Shown: positions 28,361 to 39,287, counted from the stretch's first letter. The stretch is 64,000 nucleotides of DNA from a bacterium (GCA_963676395.1 OY781066.1:1920001-1984000), one strand, 5' to 3'. Notes: a model not told the origin generated them from the letters alone. Numbers and translations are program-made.

Positions 28361-29578
28361 ATGAAGTTTCTATTCTACCTGTCAAAACGTACCCTCTTTC
28401 ATAAACGGTCCGATTTATTCGTCCCCTTTATCCGGGTGCTTGCCATTGTGGGGTTGATTATTGGCACGATCGCCATGACCATCACATTGGGTATTTTGAA
28501 AGGATTTGAAAATGATCTGGTAGATCAGATTACGAATTATGAAGCTCATATCCGACTTGAAAGTTACAAGCGCCATCTGGAACTTGAGCCAAAATATGCC
28601 GACAAGATATTATCACATCCCGAAGTAATATCCATGATCCCCTATTCTGAACTCGAATGTATGTTGAGATACAAAGAGGAAACAGAAGGTATTATCATTG
28701 AATGCATGAGTGAACGTGAATTCATTGACATGCTTTATAGAAATAAGGAAGATATTGAAGGAAAAGTGGATTTTAGAGAAAAGGAAGAACTGCATGGACT
28801 TTACTTGGGGCAGGGCGTAGCGGAATATTTAAATGTTCATGAGGGCGATACCTTAACGGCTTTGTTCATGGACGGTATCCCGACACCTTTAAATCCAATG
28901 CCTTCTTTTAATTTGATCGTTACCGGTATTTTTTCTACAGGAATGAAAGAGTTTGATGCCAACTATGCTTATGCACCTATGAACTTTGCTAATAAAGTCA
29001 ATGGCAATGAAAAAGAGATAAGCGGTTATCAAATTATTCTTAAGGATCCACTGAATGCCGATGAGGTATCCCAATGGATCAATAAAGAAAGTGACTATCA
29101 TTATATTCCCACAACATGGCGTGAGCGTAACTTGATGTTATTTAGATGGTTAGAAACGCAAAAGGCGCCCATTGTTATAACCTTTGGAATTATTGCTTTG
29201 GTTGCTCTGGTAAATATTATTTCTACGTTGGTTATGATTGTGCTGGTTAAAGAGCGCGATACGGCGATATTAAAGTCTATGGGAATGAAACCAAAAGATA
29301 TTCGTAAAAAATTTATGATAGATGGTTTTAGTATTTCTGCAATGGGATTAACAGCTGGTATCCTTATTGCAAAAATTTTGGAATGGGGACAGATGAAATT
29401 CGGATGGATCAGACTTTCCGACGATGTTTACTTTGTTGATAAATTGCCCATTGAAATATCCTGGGGTGTTGTGCTTACCATTGTTGGTGTTGGACTTTTG
29501 ATCGCTTTTATTGCAACATTTTTTCCTGCAAGAAATGCTGCAAAGATCAAACCTGTGGAGGTGCTCCGATATGAGTAA
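28361..29578 (+). CDS. Lipoprotein-releasing ABC permease (LolC/E family)
   Basis: MacB/FtsX architecture; NIISTLVMIVLVKERDTAILKSMG, PARNAAKIKPVEVLRYE; adjacent to lolD. Confidence 0.88.
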   Translation: MKFLFYLSKRTLFHKRSDLFVPFIRVLAIVGLIIGTIAMTITLGILKGFENDLVDQITNYEAHIRLESYKRHLELEPKYADKILSHPEVISMIPYSELECMLRYKEETEGIIIECMSEREFIDMLYRNKEDIEGKVDFREKEELHGLYLGQGVAEYLNVHEGDTLTALFMDGIPTPLNPMPSFNLIVTGIFSTGMKEFDANYAYAPMNFANKVNGNEKEISGYQIILKDPLNADEVSQWINKESDYHYIPTTWRERNLMLFRWLETQKAPIVITFGIIALVALVNIISTLVMIVLVKERDTAILKSMGMKPKDIRKKFMIDGFSISAMGLTAGILIAKILEWGQMKFGWIRLSDDVYFVDKLPIEISWGVVLTIVGVGLLIAFIATFFPARNAAKIKPVEVLRYE

Positions 29579-30800
29579 GGGTAACTTTATTAATTTTATT
29601 GCAGGTCGTTACTTTTCTTCCCGTAAGAAAGTTCGTATGATTTCTACAACATCGATCATCACCATTCTCGGTACCTTTCTTGGTACTTTTGCGATTATTG
29701 CCTCTTTGTCTGTGATGAATGGTTTTCGTGATTTATTATTTTCACGGACACAAGATATGTCCCCTGATATGACTTTTTATGTCAAGAATACTACAGTTGA
29801 AGCACGATCAGATCTTCTTGATGATATTAATAAAGACCTTAGATTCAGTACTATTACACCTACAATTGAAAGAAAGATGTTACTTTCCGCAGGGAAATAT
29901 CAGCATTTGGCCTTTGTAAAAGGTATTCAACCGGAAGAATACAAAGGTATTGTGAAACTCGATCCTTATTTGCTAGATAAACAATTTCTTACGGATGATA
30001 TTTCTAAAACGACATTTCCCGAGATTATTTTAGGTTTATCTTTAGCGAATAAGATCGGAGTTCAGGTAGGAGATACCTTGGATATTATTTCATTATTGGA
30101 TGTGCGCTCTTATAATGCTCCCATGATGAAATGCATTGTAAAAGACGTGTTTAATGTCACGGTATTCGATTATGATTATCGTGCATACATACATATTCTT
30201 GATATGAAATATCTCCTGGATGAACCGAATGCACATATGTATGAAGCTGAATTGCATTCCATAAAAGAATTGGCAGCTGTAAATAAATACTGGAAAGAAC
30301 ATTTGCCTGAGGGAGCGAGAATGGCAACCTGGTGGGAAGAACATCTGGAGCTTTTTACGGCAATGCAGATAGAAAAATTGGCGACGTTTTTAGTTTTAAG
30401 TCTTATTGTCTTGATCGCTGGCTTTAACTTGATATCCTCAATGATTATGCTGCTTCTTGAAAAAAAATGGGAGATAGGTATTTTACAAAGCATGGGCTGT
30501 GGTCCAAGAGATGCGTATAAGATCTATTTTAGACTTGGTTGGTATACCGGTGGCGTGGGCATGCTGGCAGGGGCTGTGTTTTCGGTGCTAATTTTGCTTT
30601 TACAGCAATATTTCCCCTTTATTGTTATGCCGGGTGCAAATGATGTATATATCTTTAAATATGTGCCGGTGATCGTGAATGGATGGGATATTCTTGCGAC
30701 CATAGTGATGGTGTCACTTTTAATTACTCTGTCTTCACTTATCCCTGCAAGAAGGGCGAATAAGATCAAACCGTTGGAAGCCATAAAAACAAAAGCGTAA
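29571..30800 (+). CDS. Lipoprotein-releasing ABC permease (LolC/E family)
   Basis: SVMNGF, FNLISSMIMLLLEKKWEIGILQSMG, PARRANKIKPLEA. Start at the ATG at 29571 with a GGAGG RBS. Confidence 0.88.
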   Translation: MSKGNFINFIAGRYFSSRKKVRMISTTSIITILGTFLGTFAIIASLSVMNGFRDLLFSRTQDMSPDMTFYVKNTTVEARSDLLDDINKDLRFSTITPTIERKMLLSAGKYQHLAFVKGIQPEEYKGIVKLDPYLLDKQFLTDDISKTTFPEIILGLSLANKIGVQVGDTLDIISLLDVRSYNAPMMKCIVKDVFNVTVFDYDYRAYIHILDMKYLLDEPNAHMYEAELHSIKELAAVNKYWKEHLPEGARMATWWEEHLELFTAMQIEKLATFLVLSLIVLIAGFNLISSMIMLLLEKKWEIGILQSMGCGPRDAYKIYFRLGWYTGGVGMLAGAVFSVLILLLQQYFPFIVMPGANDVYIFKYVPVIVNGWDILATIVMVSLLITLSSLIPARRANKIKPLEAIKTKA

Positions 30801-30859
30801 GACGTAAAAGATATGCGAAGACCATATCACGTCTCGGGAATAATAAAAATGGGTTGTAT

Positions 30860-31537
30860 ATGAAAACAATCATCGAAGTCAAAAATCTATGTAAAAGCTA
30901 TCTCTCCGGAGAACAAACGTTAACTGTTTTAGACGATGTAAATTTGAAGATATTTAAAGGAGATTTTATTTCTCTTATGGGGCCCTCAGGATGTGGAAAA
31001 TCTACATTTTTAAATATTATTGGCACCATGGATTCTCCTAGCTCAGGAGAGTTATGGGTTGCCGGTAAAAATGTAACTGATTACCCGGAAAATCAATTGG
31101 CTCAGTTCAGACAGGATCATATCGGTTTTGTTTTTCAGTTTCATTACCTATTACCGGAATTCAGTATTGAAGAGAATGTGGCGATGCCTTTGATGATCAC
31201 CGGTGAAAAAAAGATAAATGCTTTGAAAAAAGCTAAAGATATTTTGGATTATCTTGGTTTGGCAGATAGGGGACATCATTATCCCGCAGAGATTTCCGGT
31301 GGTGAAAAACAGCGGGCTGTTATCGGGCGTGCACTGATCAATGAACCGGATATTCTGTTAGCTGACGAGCCAACAGGGAATCTTGATAGGGAAACCGGAG
31401 AAAAAGTCTTGGAATTATTTGAAAAGATTCAAAAAGATATGAAGCAAACCTTCTTTTTAGTTACACATGATGAAGATATTGCTAAAACTGCCGGTATTAA
31501 TTATTACCTGGAAAAAGGTAAGCTCCTAAAAAGATAA
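30860..31537 (+). CDS. lolD: Lipoprotein-releasing ABC ATPase
   Basis: GPSGCGKST, IGFVFQFHYLLPEF, ISGGEKQR, LADEPTGNLD. Confidence 0.9.
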   Translation: MKTIIEVKNLCKSYLSGEQTLTVLDDVNLKIFKGDFISLMGPSGCGKSTFLNIIGTMDSPSSGELWVAGKNVTDYPENQLAQFRQDHIGFVFQFHYLLPEFSIEENVAMPLMITGEKKINALKKAKDILDYLGLADRGHHYPAEISGGEKQRAVIGRALINEPDILLADEPTGNLDRETGEKVLELFEKIQKDMKQTFFLVTHDEDIAKTAGINYYLEKGKLLKR

Positions 31538-31595
31538 TTCGCTCATATAATGAAAATCAGGAACTTCTATAGAAAAAGTTATTATATTTATGTGT

Positions 31596-32633
31596 ATGAA
31601 AACAAAAAATAACAACATAGTATTGATCTTATTGCTTAGCTTGCTTCCTTTTTCGGTCTTCGCCGAATATGCTTCTTATGGTAATGATTATTTGAACCTG
31701 TTGCGTGGTCCGGGAGGAGAACTTTACGGTTCAGCATATGGTTTGATGCAGTATGGTAGCGATAATACTATGATGAATGCTGCAAGATTAAGCTCTGAAG
31801 GATTAAAGGGTATTTACCTTTACCACTCTACCTGGTTTCGCTCTGAAGTTTCTGCATCTTCCGCTGCTTATACTTTTAATTTAAACGGACGTCCTTTGGG
31901 TGTGATGTTTTCACGCATTGGTGTTGAAGATATTCCCGATTCAAGAAATGCTTTATTGGATTATGGTATTGATGGTATACCCGGAACCGGAGATACCGGA
32001 GAGGGGAACGGGGTACTTGATGAAAATGAGATCATTGATTATGATGGTGTTGTTTTTAGAGGTATTGCCAATTACTCGCTTCATCTTGGTATGCCGATCT
32101 ACCAAAAAAACAATTGGGATTTTGGTTTGAGCTTGGGACTGTTATATACCGGATTGATCGAAAGCAACGGTTTTGGTTTAACCTTTGATCTTTATGCCGA
32201 ACAAAAAGGCAGTCGAATAAAATCATTGTATTCTATTGAGAATCTTCCTTCAGCCTTAATGGTGTTTTCTGATGGATCAGCTCAGTATTATCCTCCACAA
32301 GCAAAAGCTGCGTGGTTATATCCCGTAAATTTAGGTAGTATTACTTTAGAACCCGGTTTATCTGCCGCTTTGGCATTTACGGAAAACATCGATTATTATA
32401 TGTTCTCGCTGGGCGATCACATTGCAGTGGATATTCAACCTTTAATGAGAATTAAATACAAGGAAGTCGTGGCTGCCGGTTTGTCATATAAAGCCGGAGA
32501 CGGTGTTCACGTTGGCTTGGAATTATTGTTGGAAAAACTCGATATTAACTATTCGTTCAGACCTTCACTTGGAGGCGATCTGGGTAGTTCACATTTGATC
32601 TCGCTGAGAATATCTCCAGAGATCTTAAAGTAG
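31596..32633 (+). CDS. PorV/PorQ (UPF0164)-like outer-membrane beta-barrel
   Basis: Signal peptide; 'YGNDYLNL..G', NAARLS, C-terminal INYSF...DLGSSHLISL. Confidence 0.55.
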   Translation: MKTKNNNIVLILLLSLLPFSVFAEYASYGNDYLNLLRGPGGELYGSAYGLMQYGSDNTMMNAARLSSEGLKGIYLYHSTWFRSEVSASSAAYTFNLNGRPLGVMFSRIGVEDIPDSRNALLDYGIDGIPGTGDTGEGNGVLDENEIIDYDGVVFRGIANYSLHLGMPIYQKNNWDFGLSLGLLYTGLIESNGFGLTFDLYAEQKGSRIKSLYSIENLPSALMVFSDGSAQYYPPQAKAAWLYPVNLGSITLEPGLSAALAFTENIDYYMFSLGDHIAVDIQPLMRIKYKEVVAAGLSYKAGDGVHVGLELLLEKLDINYSFRPSLGGDLGSSHLISLRISPEILK

Positions 32634-32646
32634 AAGGGAAGTATTT

Positions 32647-33849
32647 ATGAAGCGTTTGGGATTCATTTTACTCATGATCCTTTTGTTGGTTGGTTGTGGT
32701 AATCAAGAATTGACGAATGAACTTGATTATGATGATGTTGTGACTTTTATCATGAGAAATCAAAAGAAAGCAACACCGGAAGTGTATGAAGCATGCGAGC
32801 AAGTATTACCACAAGCGATCGAAAGAGCTGCTGTTGAAGATTATCAAAAGGTCATAAAAGTTTACAATTTAAATCCGGATGTGTTTTCAAAAGCAATGAC
32901 TTTGGGCTTTTTATCAAGTGTTGAAACAGAAGATCCTATTTTAAAAGATTCAATTTTGGCAGCTGTTGAAAGATCAAGAGAACTGATTAATTCGGAAGCA
33001 TATATGGCTTCAGCTGAACTTTATTATGCCGAAAGGTCTTTAACACCTGAAGAACTAAATGATCGTTTAACGGCATACGAAGCAATGATTTCCGATGGTT
33101 ATGCTCAATTATTGATGGAAAGAAGTGAAAATACCAAAGCACTTGCCGTATATGAAGATATTCTTGTTGAATACAAAGATACCGAGATCTTATTAAATTA
33201 CAGTAAAGCTCTCAATAATATGAACCGTTATGAAGCATCCTTAATGGCAAGTATTGAGGCTTTGAAAATGACACCGGGATCAATGGATGCTAAAGCCGAA
33301 GTAACCAAGACAGCTGAAATGCTGGGTTATTCCAAAGTTGAGATTAATACAATGATCGACGAAACCATGTTTGTCGGAAGAAATTTATTGAGACAAAATC
33401 TTTTGGCTAATCAATTAAATGTACCTATGCCCGAATTTGAGCTTGTTGGTTTGGATGAAAGCGTTCTTTCCAGTAAAGATCTAGAAGGTAAGATCGTTGT
33501 CGTATCCTTCTTTGCCACTTGGTGTCCACCGTGTCGAAAAGAGTTACCTCATTTGAATGAACTGTATCATCAATATATCGAAGATGAAGAAGTAGCGATT
33601 ATCGTATTGTCAACTGATGTAGATAAATATTTGGTATCACCTTTTATTCAAGAAAATGGATTCGATTTTCCGGTTTACTATCACGGTGGAATTAAAAGTG
33701 AATTTGGGGTAAAGGGAATCCCTACGCTTTTTGTTGTGGATGGAGATGGAATGATCCGTTATAAAAAAGTCGGATTTGTCGAAGGTGAAGAATTTGGAAA
33801 GATCATGAGTTGGTATATTGATGAATTAAAAGCTGACGAAAATAGTTAA
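32647..33849 (+). CDS. Lipoprotein with a TPR-like helical region and a TlpA/ResA redoxin domain
   Basis: Lipobox LVGC; FFATWCPPCRKELP, GIPTLFVVD. Confidence 0.85.
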   Translation: MKRLGFILLMILLLVGCGNQELTNELDYDDVVTFIMRNQKKATPEVYEACEQVLPQAIERAAVEDYQKVIKVYNLNPDVFSKAMTLGFLSSVETEDPILKDSILAAVERSRELINSEAYMASAELYYAERSLTPEELNDRLTAYEAMISDGYAQLLMERSENTKALAVYEDILVEYKDTEILLNYSKALNNMNRYEASLMASIEALKMTPGSMDAKAEVTKTAEMLGYSKVEINTMIDETMFVGRNLLRQNLLANQLNVPMPEFELVGLDESVLSSKDLEGKIVVVSFFATWCPPCRKELPHLNELYHQYIEDEEVAIIVLSTDVDKYLVSPFIQENGFDFPVYYHGGIKSEFGVKGIPTLFVVDGDGMIRYKKVGFVEGEEFGKIMSWYIDELKADENS

Positions 33850-33869
33850 TAATATTATTAAAATATCTT

Positions 33870-33897
33870 ATAAGGAACGGTCTTGACCGTTCCTTAT
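33870..33897. repeat. REP-like hairpin / terminator
   Basis: ataaggaacggtcttgaccgttccttat; near-copy at 57413. Confidence 0.65.
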
Positions 33898-33914
33898 TTT
33901 ATTTAGGTAAAAAA

Positions 33915-33945
33915 CATTAGCCTTGAGCTAAACCCAAGGCTGATG
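33915..33945. repeat. Family-B palindrome copy
   Basis: cattagccttgagctaaacccaaggctgatg. Confidence 0.6.
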
Positions 33946-33992
33946 ATATATTCTGTTTGATTTTGAATGAGAATTTTCAATGTTTAAACGGC

Positions 33993-34208
33993 TTAACCCC
34001 CGACAAAAAGATCAAAGATATTACCTAACATGCTAGTATTAGCTTTATATAACTCCGAATAACGGCATTTTTCGCATGAAACAACCGTAAACTTTTTATT
34101 TTGGACATCCAATAGTTTACTCAGACCACCTCCGGTGGTTCTAATCTCATCGAGTTCGTATTGACGACTTCCGCATTTGGGACAAACATAATTCAATTGT
34201 TTTGGCAT
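33993..34208 (-). CDS. Zinc-ribbon protein (DUF2082-like)
   Basis: CPKCG...GGGLSKLLDVQNKKF.VVSCEKCRYSELY; GGAG RBS. Confidence 0.85.
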   Translation of the reverse strand: MPKQLNYVCPKCGSRQYELDEIRTTGGGLSKLLDVQNKKFTVVSCEKCRYSELYKANTSMLGNIFDLFVGG

Positions 34209-34296
34209 TTTAAATCTCCATTTTTGTTAATGAGTAGAAGAATTTAATTCCTATCCTGCAAAAAAGTTACTAATTTTTTTAAAAGGAGATATTAAT

Positions 34297-34821
34297 ATGA
34301 AAAGAAAAATTATTGATATTCATGATTTGGAGCTGAAACCGGGGAATGTCTGGGAAAATGATTGGTTCCTTTTGACTGCCGGTGATTATAATAGTGGACA
34401 ATATAATACCATGACGGTTGCTTGGGGTTCTTTGGGTACTATGTGGAGCAAGCCTTTTGCCCAAGTAGTTGTAAGGCCCTCCCGATATACTCTTTCGTTT
34501 ATGGATCGTTTTGATACCTTTACCTTATCTCGATTTCCAAAAGAGTATAAAAAAGCCTTGGGCTTTTTGGGAAGTAAGTCCGGAAGAGATATCCCAGATA
34601 AACATTTGCAAGCAGGTTTAACCCCTATTGAAGTGCCGGGTGTTGTTGCCCCTGCATTTGATGAAGCTGATCTTATCATTGCATGCAAAAAGATCTATTG
34701 GCAGGATATGGAAGAAAAAAATTTTCTTGATGAAAGTATTATGTCCAAATATCCCGGTGAAACAGATTTTCATCGTATTTATTTTGGGGAAATATTGCAT
34801 GTGGAAGTAAGTAGTAAGTAG
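34297..34821 (+). CDS. Flavin reductase-like FMN-binding protein
   Basis: NTMTVAWG, VRPSRYT, GSKSGRD, HRIYFGEI. Confidence 0.88.
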   Translation: MKRKIIDIHDLELKPGNVWENDWFLLTAGDYNSGQYNTMTVAWGSLGTMWSKPFAQVVVRPSRYTLSFMDRFDTFTLSRFPKEYKKALGFLGSKSGRDIPDKHLQAGLTPIEVPGVVAPAFDEADLIIACKKIYWQDMEEKNFLDESIMSKYPGETDFHRIYFGEILHVEVSSK

Positions 34822-34840
34822 TGAGTAGTTGGCGGTAGAT
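34806..34840. repeat. Degenerate 7-bp array spanning the flavin reductase stop codon
   Basis: agtaagt agtaagt agtgagt agttggc ggtagat. Confidence 0.65.
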
Positions 34841-35080
34841 TGTCATGAGTAAGTTTAAGCATTAGGAAGTATAAGGTGAGACACACACACCTTTTGTTTG
34901 AATGACGAATATTGGTTAACGAATGAAGCTTTAAGATATTTAAATTTAATTAGTCTATATCTTGTACCGTAAATCTTATACCATTATACCTTGCACACCT
35001 AAACCTATAATTTCAATTACGCCTTTTATTTTTTATCTTGTCAAAGTAAATTACATGCAATACTAAACTAAGGGTAATTC

Positions 35081-35680
35081 ATGTTCATTACATTCGAAGG
35101 AATAGACGGCTCAGGTAAAAGTGAACAAGCAAAACGTTGCGTAGAATACTTATCTAAAGACAATGATGTGTTTCATTGTTTTGATCCCGGACACACCGTG
35201 ATTGGGAATGCGGTAAGATCGGTTCTTTTGAATAAAAAACATATGGAAATGGATGCGATTACAGAGCTATTGTTGTATGCAGCTGCTCGTTCTCAATTGG
35301 TATCTGAAGTGATTGAACCCCAATTAAAATCCGGTAGTATCGTTGTATCTGATCGATTTTACGATTCTACCTCAGCATATCAAGGGTATGGACGCGAACT
35401 ACCTTTAAAGCTGGTAAATACCTTAAATATGATCGGCGCTCATGATCATAAACCGGATATTTGTTTTATTATTGATACTGATATTGATGTATGTGCTCAA
35501 CGTATTGGTAAAGCCGACCGCATGGAAGGTGAAGGTCGTGAATTTTGGGTGAAAGTTCGAGATGGCTACAGAACGCTTGCTGAAAATGAGCCTGAACGTT
35601 GTAAATTGATCGATGGAAATAGAACAATTCTTGAAATACATGAAGAGATTATCGGGATTGTTAATGATAGACTCAAATAA
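35081..35680 (+). CDS. tmk: Thymidylate kinase
   Basis: FITFEGIDGSGKS, ELLLYAAAR, DRFYDSTSAYQG. Confidence 0.96.
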   Translation: MFITFEGIDGSGKSEQAKRCVEYLSKDNDVFHCFDPGHTVIGNAVRSVLLNKKHMEMDAITELLLYAAARSQLVSEVIEPQLKSGSIVVSDRFYDSTSAYQGYGRELPLKLVNTLNMIGAHDHKPDICFIIDTDIDVCAQRIGKADRMEGEGREFWVKVRDGYRTLAENEPERCKLIDGNRTILEIHEEIIGIVNDRLK

Positions 35681-35731
35681 TCCGGCATTATCGCCAGACC
35701 AAATGCATTTATTAACTATTCATTGAAAAAT

Positions 35732-35767
35732 ATCAATAACCTCAGATTTAAATCCAAGGTTATTGAT
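35732..35767. repeat. Family-B palindrome copy
   Basis: atcaataacctcagatttaaatccaaggttattgat. Confidence 0.65.
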
Positions 35768-35916
35768 TTATATTCTGACTTCTGACTTCTGATAATATAA
35801 ATTTACTCTTTGATTGCATGCCCCCTCTCGGTAAATTTATAAAAATATTGAATTATTTTGAAACATCCGCGCTACTGATTTGTTTTAGTATTAATTTTAT
35901 TAACAATAGGCCTCCA

Positions 35917-38900
35917 ATGAAACGATTAATTAAAATAGCAATAATACTATTTTTCCTCTCAACGCTGCTCTTTGCACAGTTTGGGCAAAACAAGGTTCAA
36001 TATGATGTGTTTAACTGGAATTATATTCAAAGTAAACACTTTAATATTTATTTTAACGGTGATAATAAAGCCGTATCGGATTACTGTGCGAAAACTGCGG
36101 AAGCCGCCTATGAATCGATTTCAACCCTTTTAGACTGGGATCTTAAAAAACGCTATGCTATTATAGTATACGATTCACATAATGATTTTCAACAAACCAA
36201 TACCACTAATTCCTATATGCCGGAAGGTGTAGGCGGTTTTACCGAATTATTTAAGAACCGTGTTGTTGTCCCTTACGAGGGATCATATCAAGCTTTCAGA
36301 CATGTAATTCATCATGAGTTGATCCATGCATTTATGAATGACCTCTATTATAGCGGTAGTATACAGTCCTTGATCTCAGGTGCCGTAAAATTGAATATTC
36401 CTCTGTGGCTAGCAGAGGGTTCGGCTGAATATGAATCGTCTCGCTGGGATACCGAAGCAGATATGTTTATGCGAGATTTTGCATATAATTCTCAGTTTGA
36501 AGCATATCCTTTAGAAGCTTTAACCGGTTACTATGCTTATAAAGGTGGCCAAAGTATCTTTAAATTTGTTCGTGAAACTTATGGTTATCAAAAATTGACC
36601 GAATTTTATACTAAGATGAAGATATATCTTGATGTTAATAAGGCCATACGGTTTACTTTTAATATGTCTAAAGAAGAATTTACCGAAGAATGGCATCATT
36701 ATCTTAAAAAGATATATTGGCCGGATATTAGTATGACGGAGGATGTTAAGGATATTTCCGTTCGCTTGACCGACCATAAAAAGATGCGCAATTATCAAAA
36801 TATTGCTCCGGCTATTTCTCCTTCAGGAGATAAGATTGCTTTTTTGAGTGATAAAAAAGGCTATGCCGATATTTATTTAATGAATGTTCAGGATGGTAAA
36901 CATATTCGGCGTTTGGTTCGTGGTCAGCGGAAAGCAAGTTTGGAAGAGCTCAAGTGGTTATCACCCGGTATTTCTTGGTCTGCCGATTCTAAGCATATTG
37001 TTTTTGCCGCAAAAAGCGGACAGTATGATGCCCTTGTGGTTGTAGATGTAGAAAATGGTAAGCAGGAATTTTATCCTATGCCACAGTTGCAAGGTGTGTT
37101 TTCGGCAGCTTTTCATCCCTATGATAATTCTTTGATCGCTTTTACCGGTCACAATGGTTCACAAAGTGATATTTATATGTATGATCTTGATGATAAGGTA
37201 TTGGTGAATTTAACCAATGATCCTGAAGGGGACAGTAATCCCCAATGGTGTTATTCCGGAGAAAATATCATCTATGTCAGTGAGAGGGATAAAAGTAAAG
37301 CCTTTCGCGATCCGCGCCACCCTTATCAAACGGATATTTATCAGGTTAGTATTAAAAATAAGGACAAACTTGCTTTAACTGAAAGTGACGCAAGTGAAGA
37401 TTACCCTTACTCCGATCCTAAAGGGCGAGGATTGATCTATACTTCCGATGAAAATGGTATTTTTAATATTTATATCAAGAAAAATGATGAAAGTGCATAT
37501 CCTATTACCAACGTGGTTGGTGGTATATTTCATTTGAATCTTGATCAAACAGGCGAAAATCTGATTTTTTGCGCCTTTAAAGATTACGGCTGGGATATTT
37601 TTAGGATGAATGATCCTTTCGAAATGGATAAGAAGGATCTTGCTTTAACACGTTATGCAAAAGAAAGTATGGCTACACCTTTTGATCTGACCGAAGATGT
37701 TTTGAAAAAGGAACGAAAAACACGTCCGGATGATAAAATAAAAAAAGATAAGCGCCGTGTTGTTCGAGGAAACGATAATGTTCAAAGAGTTTCAGATTAC
37801 AAGAATTATGTATTTGTTCCGACCTATGCTTACGGAGAAACATCGCTTGATTCACAAGTTGTTGCTTTAGATTCTACCGAGATCATCAATGAAGAGGGTG
37901 ATTATATCGATAAGCCCTATAAGACAAGGTTCTCGCTTGACCTGGTAGATAGTCAATTTGGTTATTCTACTTTTTATGGTATGCAGGGGCAGGCAACATT
38001 CATGTTTTCTGATGTCATGGGAGATCATCAGGTCTATATCGGAACGGATCTTTATATTGATCTCCAAAACTCAGATTATGCTCTAGCATATTATTATCGT
38101 AAGTATCGTCCAAATTTCGGTTTTGTGCTCCAAAATCAATCCGATAATTATATTACTTACATTTCCGGCGAAGTATCCGAAACAAATCCCTATGGTTATT
38201 TTGTTACCCGCTATACCAATAGAAGTCTGCATTTTATTGCCGATTATCCCATCAATAAGCATTTGCGTTTCGAATTGAATAATTCCTATTACTATGTGCG
38301 TCGTGATCTTCTGGATAAAGATCAGAGCATTGCGGCCCAATATGATGCCGATATTCATGAATATCGTGCTGAATTGGCTTTGGTAAAAGATAATACGGTA
38401 TTTTCTTATACAGCTCCTATGGATGGATCACGATATAGATTAAGTCTTGAAATGTCGCCCAAGATCACACCTGAAACACCGGAATTCTATTCAGCAAAAC
38501 TGGATTACAGGCAGTATCTTAAATTAAATGATAATTATCATCTAGCCTTTCGTTTTAACGGTGGTGCCTCATTTGGTCCCAATCCTCAAACTTTCTTATT
38601 AGGTGGCATTGATAACTGGATCAACTATTATTACAATGCCGATGCACCTATTTTTGGCAATAGCGGAGAAAGTTTTTCAGAACAACTGAGTATGTATTAT
38701 TTAAGTGAGTATATCATGCCGGTACGCGGGGCGGCAATGTTCCAGACCTGGGGTGATAAGTTCATACTTATGAATGCCGAGTTAAGATTTCCTTTTATTG
38801 AATATGCAAAACTGGGTTTACCCCCGATACAGTTTTTCCAGGTACGCGGCGTACTCTTTGCCGATGCCGGATTTGCCTGGACAGATGAGCTTAATTTAGT

Positions 38901-39075
38901 CAAGAACAATGGCTGGTTCATCGGAAACGAATGGGATGATCTCATTGGTTCCGTTGGCATGGGTGTTCGCGTTTATCTTGGTTTTGCTCTCTTGCGTATT
39001 GATTGTGCCTGGGAATATAATGGCGAGGAATTCTCTAGTCCACGGTGGTTGTGGTCATTGGGTGGGGATCTGTAA
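35917..39075 (+). CDS. Omp85/BamA-TamA-type barrel protein with an N-terminal zincin (peptidase MA-like) domain and PD40/TolB-like propeller
   Basis: Signal peptide; HELIH...WLAEGSAEY; PD40 repeats (PAISPSGDKIAFLS, ISWSADSKHIVF); barrel motifs VRG, NAELRFP, LFADAG, GMGVR..LRID. Confidence 0.85.
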   Translation: MKRLIKIAIILFFLSTLLFAQFGQNKVQYDVFNWNYIQSKHFNIYFNGDNKAVSDYCAKTAEAAYESISTLLDWDLKKRYAIIVYDSHNDFQQTNTTNSYMPEGVGGFTELFKNRVVVPYEGSYQAFRHVIHHELIHAFMNDLYYSGSIQSLISGAVKLNIPLWLAEGSAEYESSRWDTEADMFMRDFAYNSQFEAYPLEALTGYYAYKGGQSIFKFVRETYGYQKLTEFYTKMKIYLDVNKAIRFTFNMSKEEFTEEWHHYLKKIYWPDISMTEDVKDISVRLTDHKKMRNYQNIAPAISPSGDKIAFLSDKKGYADIYLMNVQDGKHIRRLVRGQRKASLEELKWLSPGISWSADSKHIVFAAKSGQYDALVVVDVENGKQEFYPMPQLQGVFSAAFHPYDNSLIAFTGHNGSQSDIYMYDLDDKVLVNLTNDPEGDSNPQWCYSGENIIYVSERDKSKAFRDPRHPYQTDIYQVSIKNKDKLALTESDASEDYPYSDPKGRGLIYTSDENGIFNIYIKKNDESAYPITNVVGGIFHLNLDQTGENLIFCAFKDYGWDIFRMNDPFEMDKKDLALTRYAKESMATPFDLTEDVLKKERKTRPDDKIKKDKRRVVRGNDNVQRVSDYKNYVFVPTYAYGETSLDSQVVALDSTEIINEEGDYIDKPYKTRFSLDLVDSQFGYSTFYGMQGQATFMFSDVMGDHQVYIGTDLYIDLQNSDYALAYYYRKYRPNFGFVLQNQSDNYITYISGEVSETNPYGYFVTRYTNRSLHFIADYPINKHLRFELNNSYYYVRRDLLDKDQSIAAQYDADIHEYRAELALVKDNTVFSYTAPMDGSRYRLSLEMSPKITPETPEFYSAKLDYRQYLKLNDNYHLAFRFNGGASFGPNPQTFLLGGIDNWINYYYNADAPIFGNSGESFSEQLSMYYLSEYIMPVRGAAMFQTWGDKFILMNAELRFPFIEYAKLGLPPIQFFQVRGVLFADAGFAWTDELNLVKNNGWFIGNEWDDLIGSVGMGVRVYLGFALLRIDCAWEYNGEEFSSPRWLWSLGGDL

Positions 39076-39287
39076 GAATTTTTAAAATTGAAAATGAGAA
39101 TCTGGAATCAATAATGTTCGTGCGCCATCCTGAATGATCTCTGTGGAAATTGATAGAGACAGTCACATTGACCGACGCATAGTGGCACGCGCGCCAAAGC
39201 TTTAGTATAGGTGTGAGAGATCTATTAATTTCTAGACACTATTATGCATCTATGATATGGACGAATCGTGCCATAATTTACCCAAAC

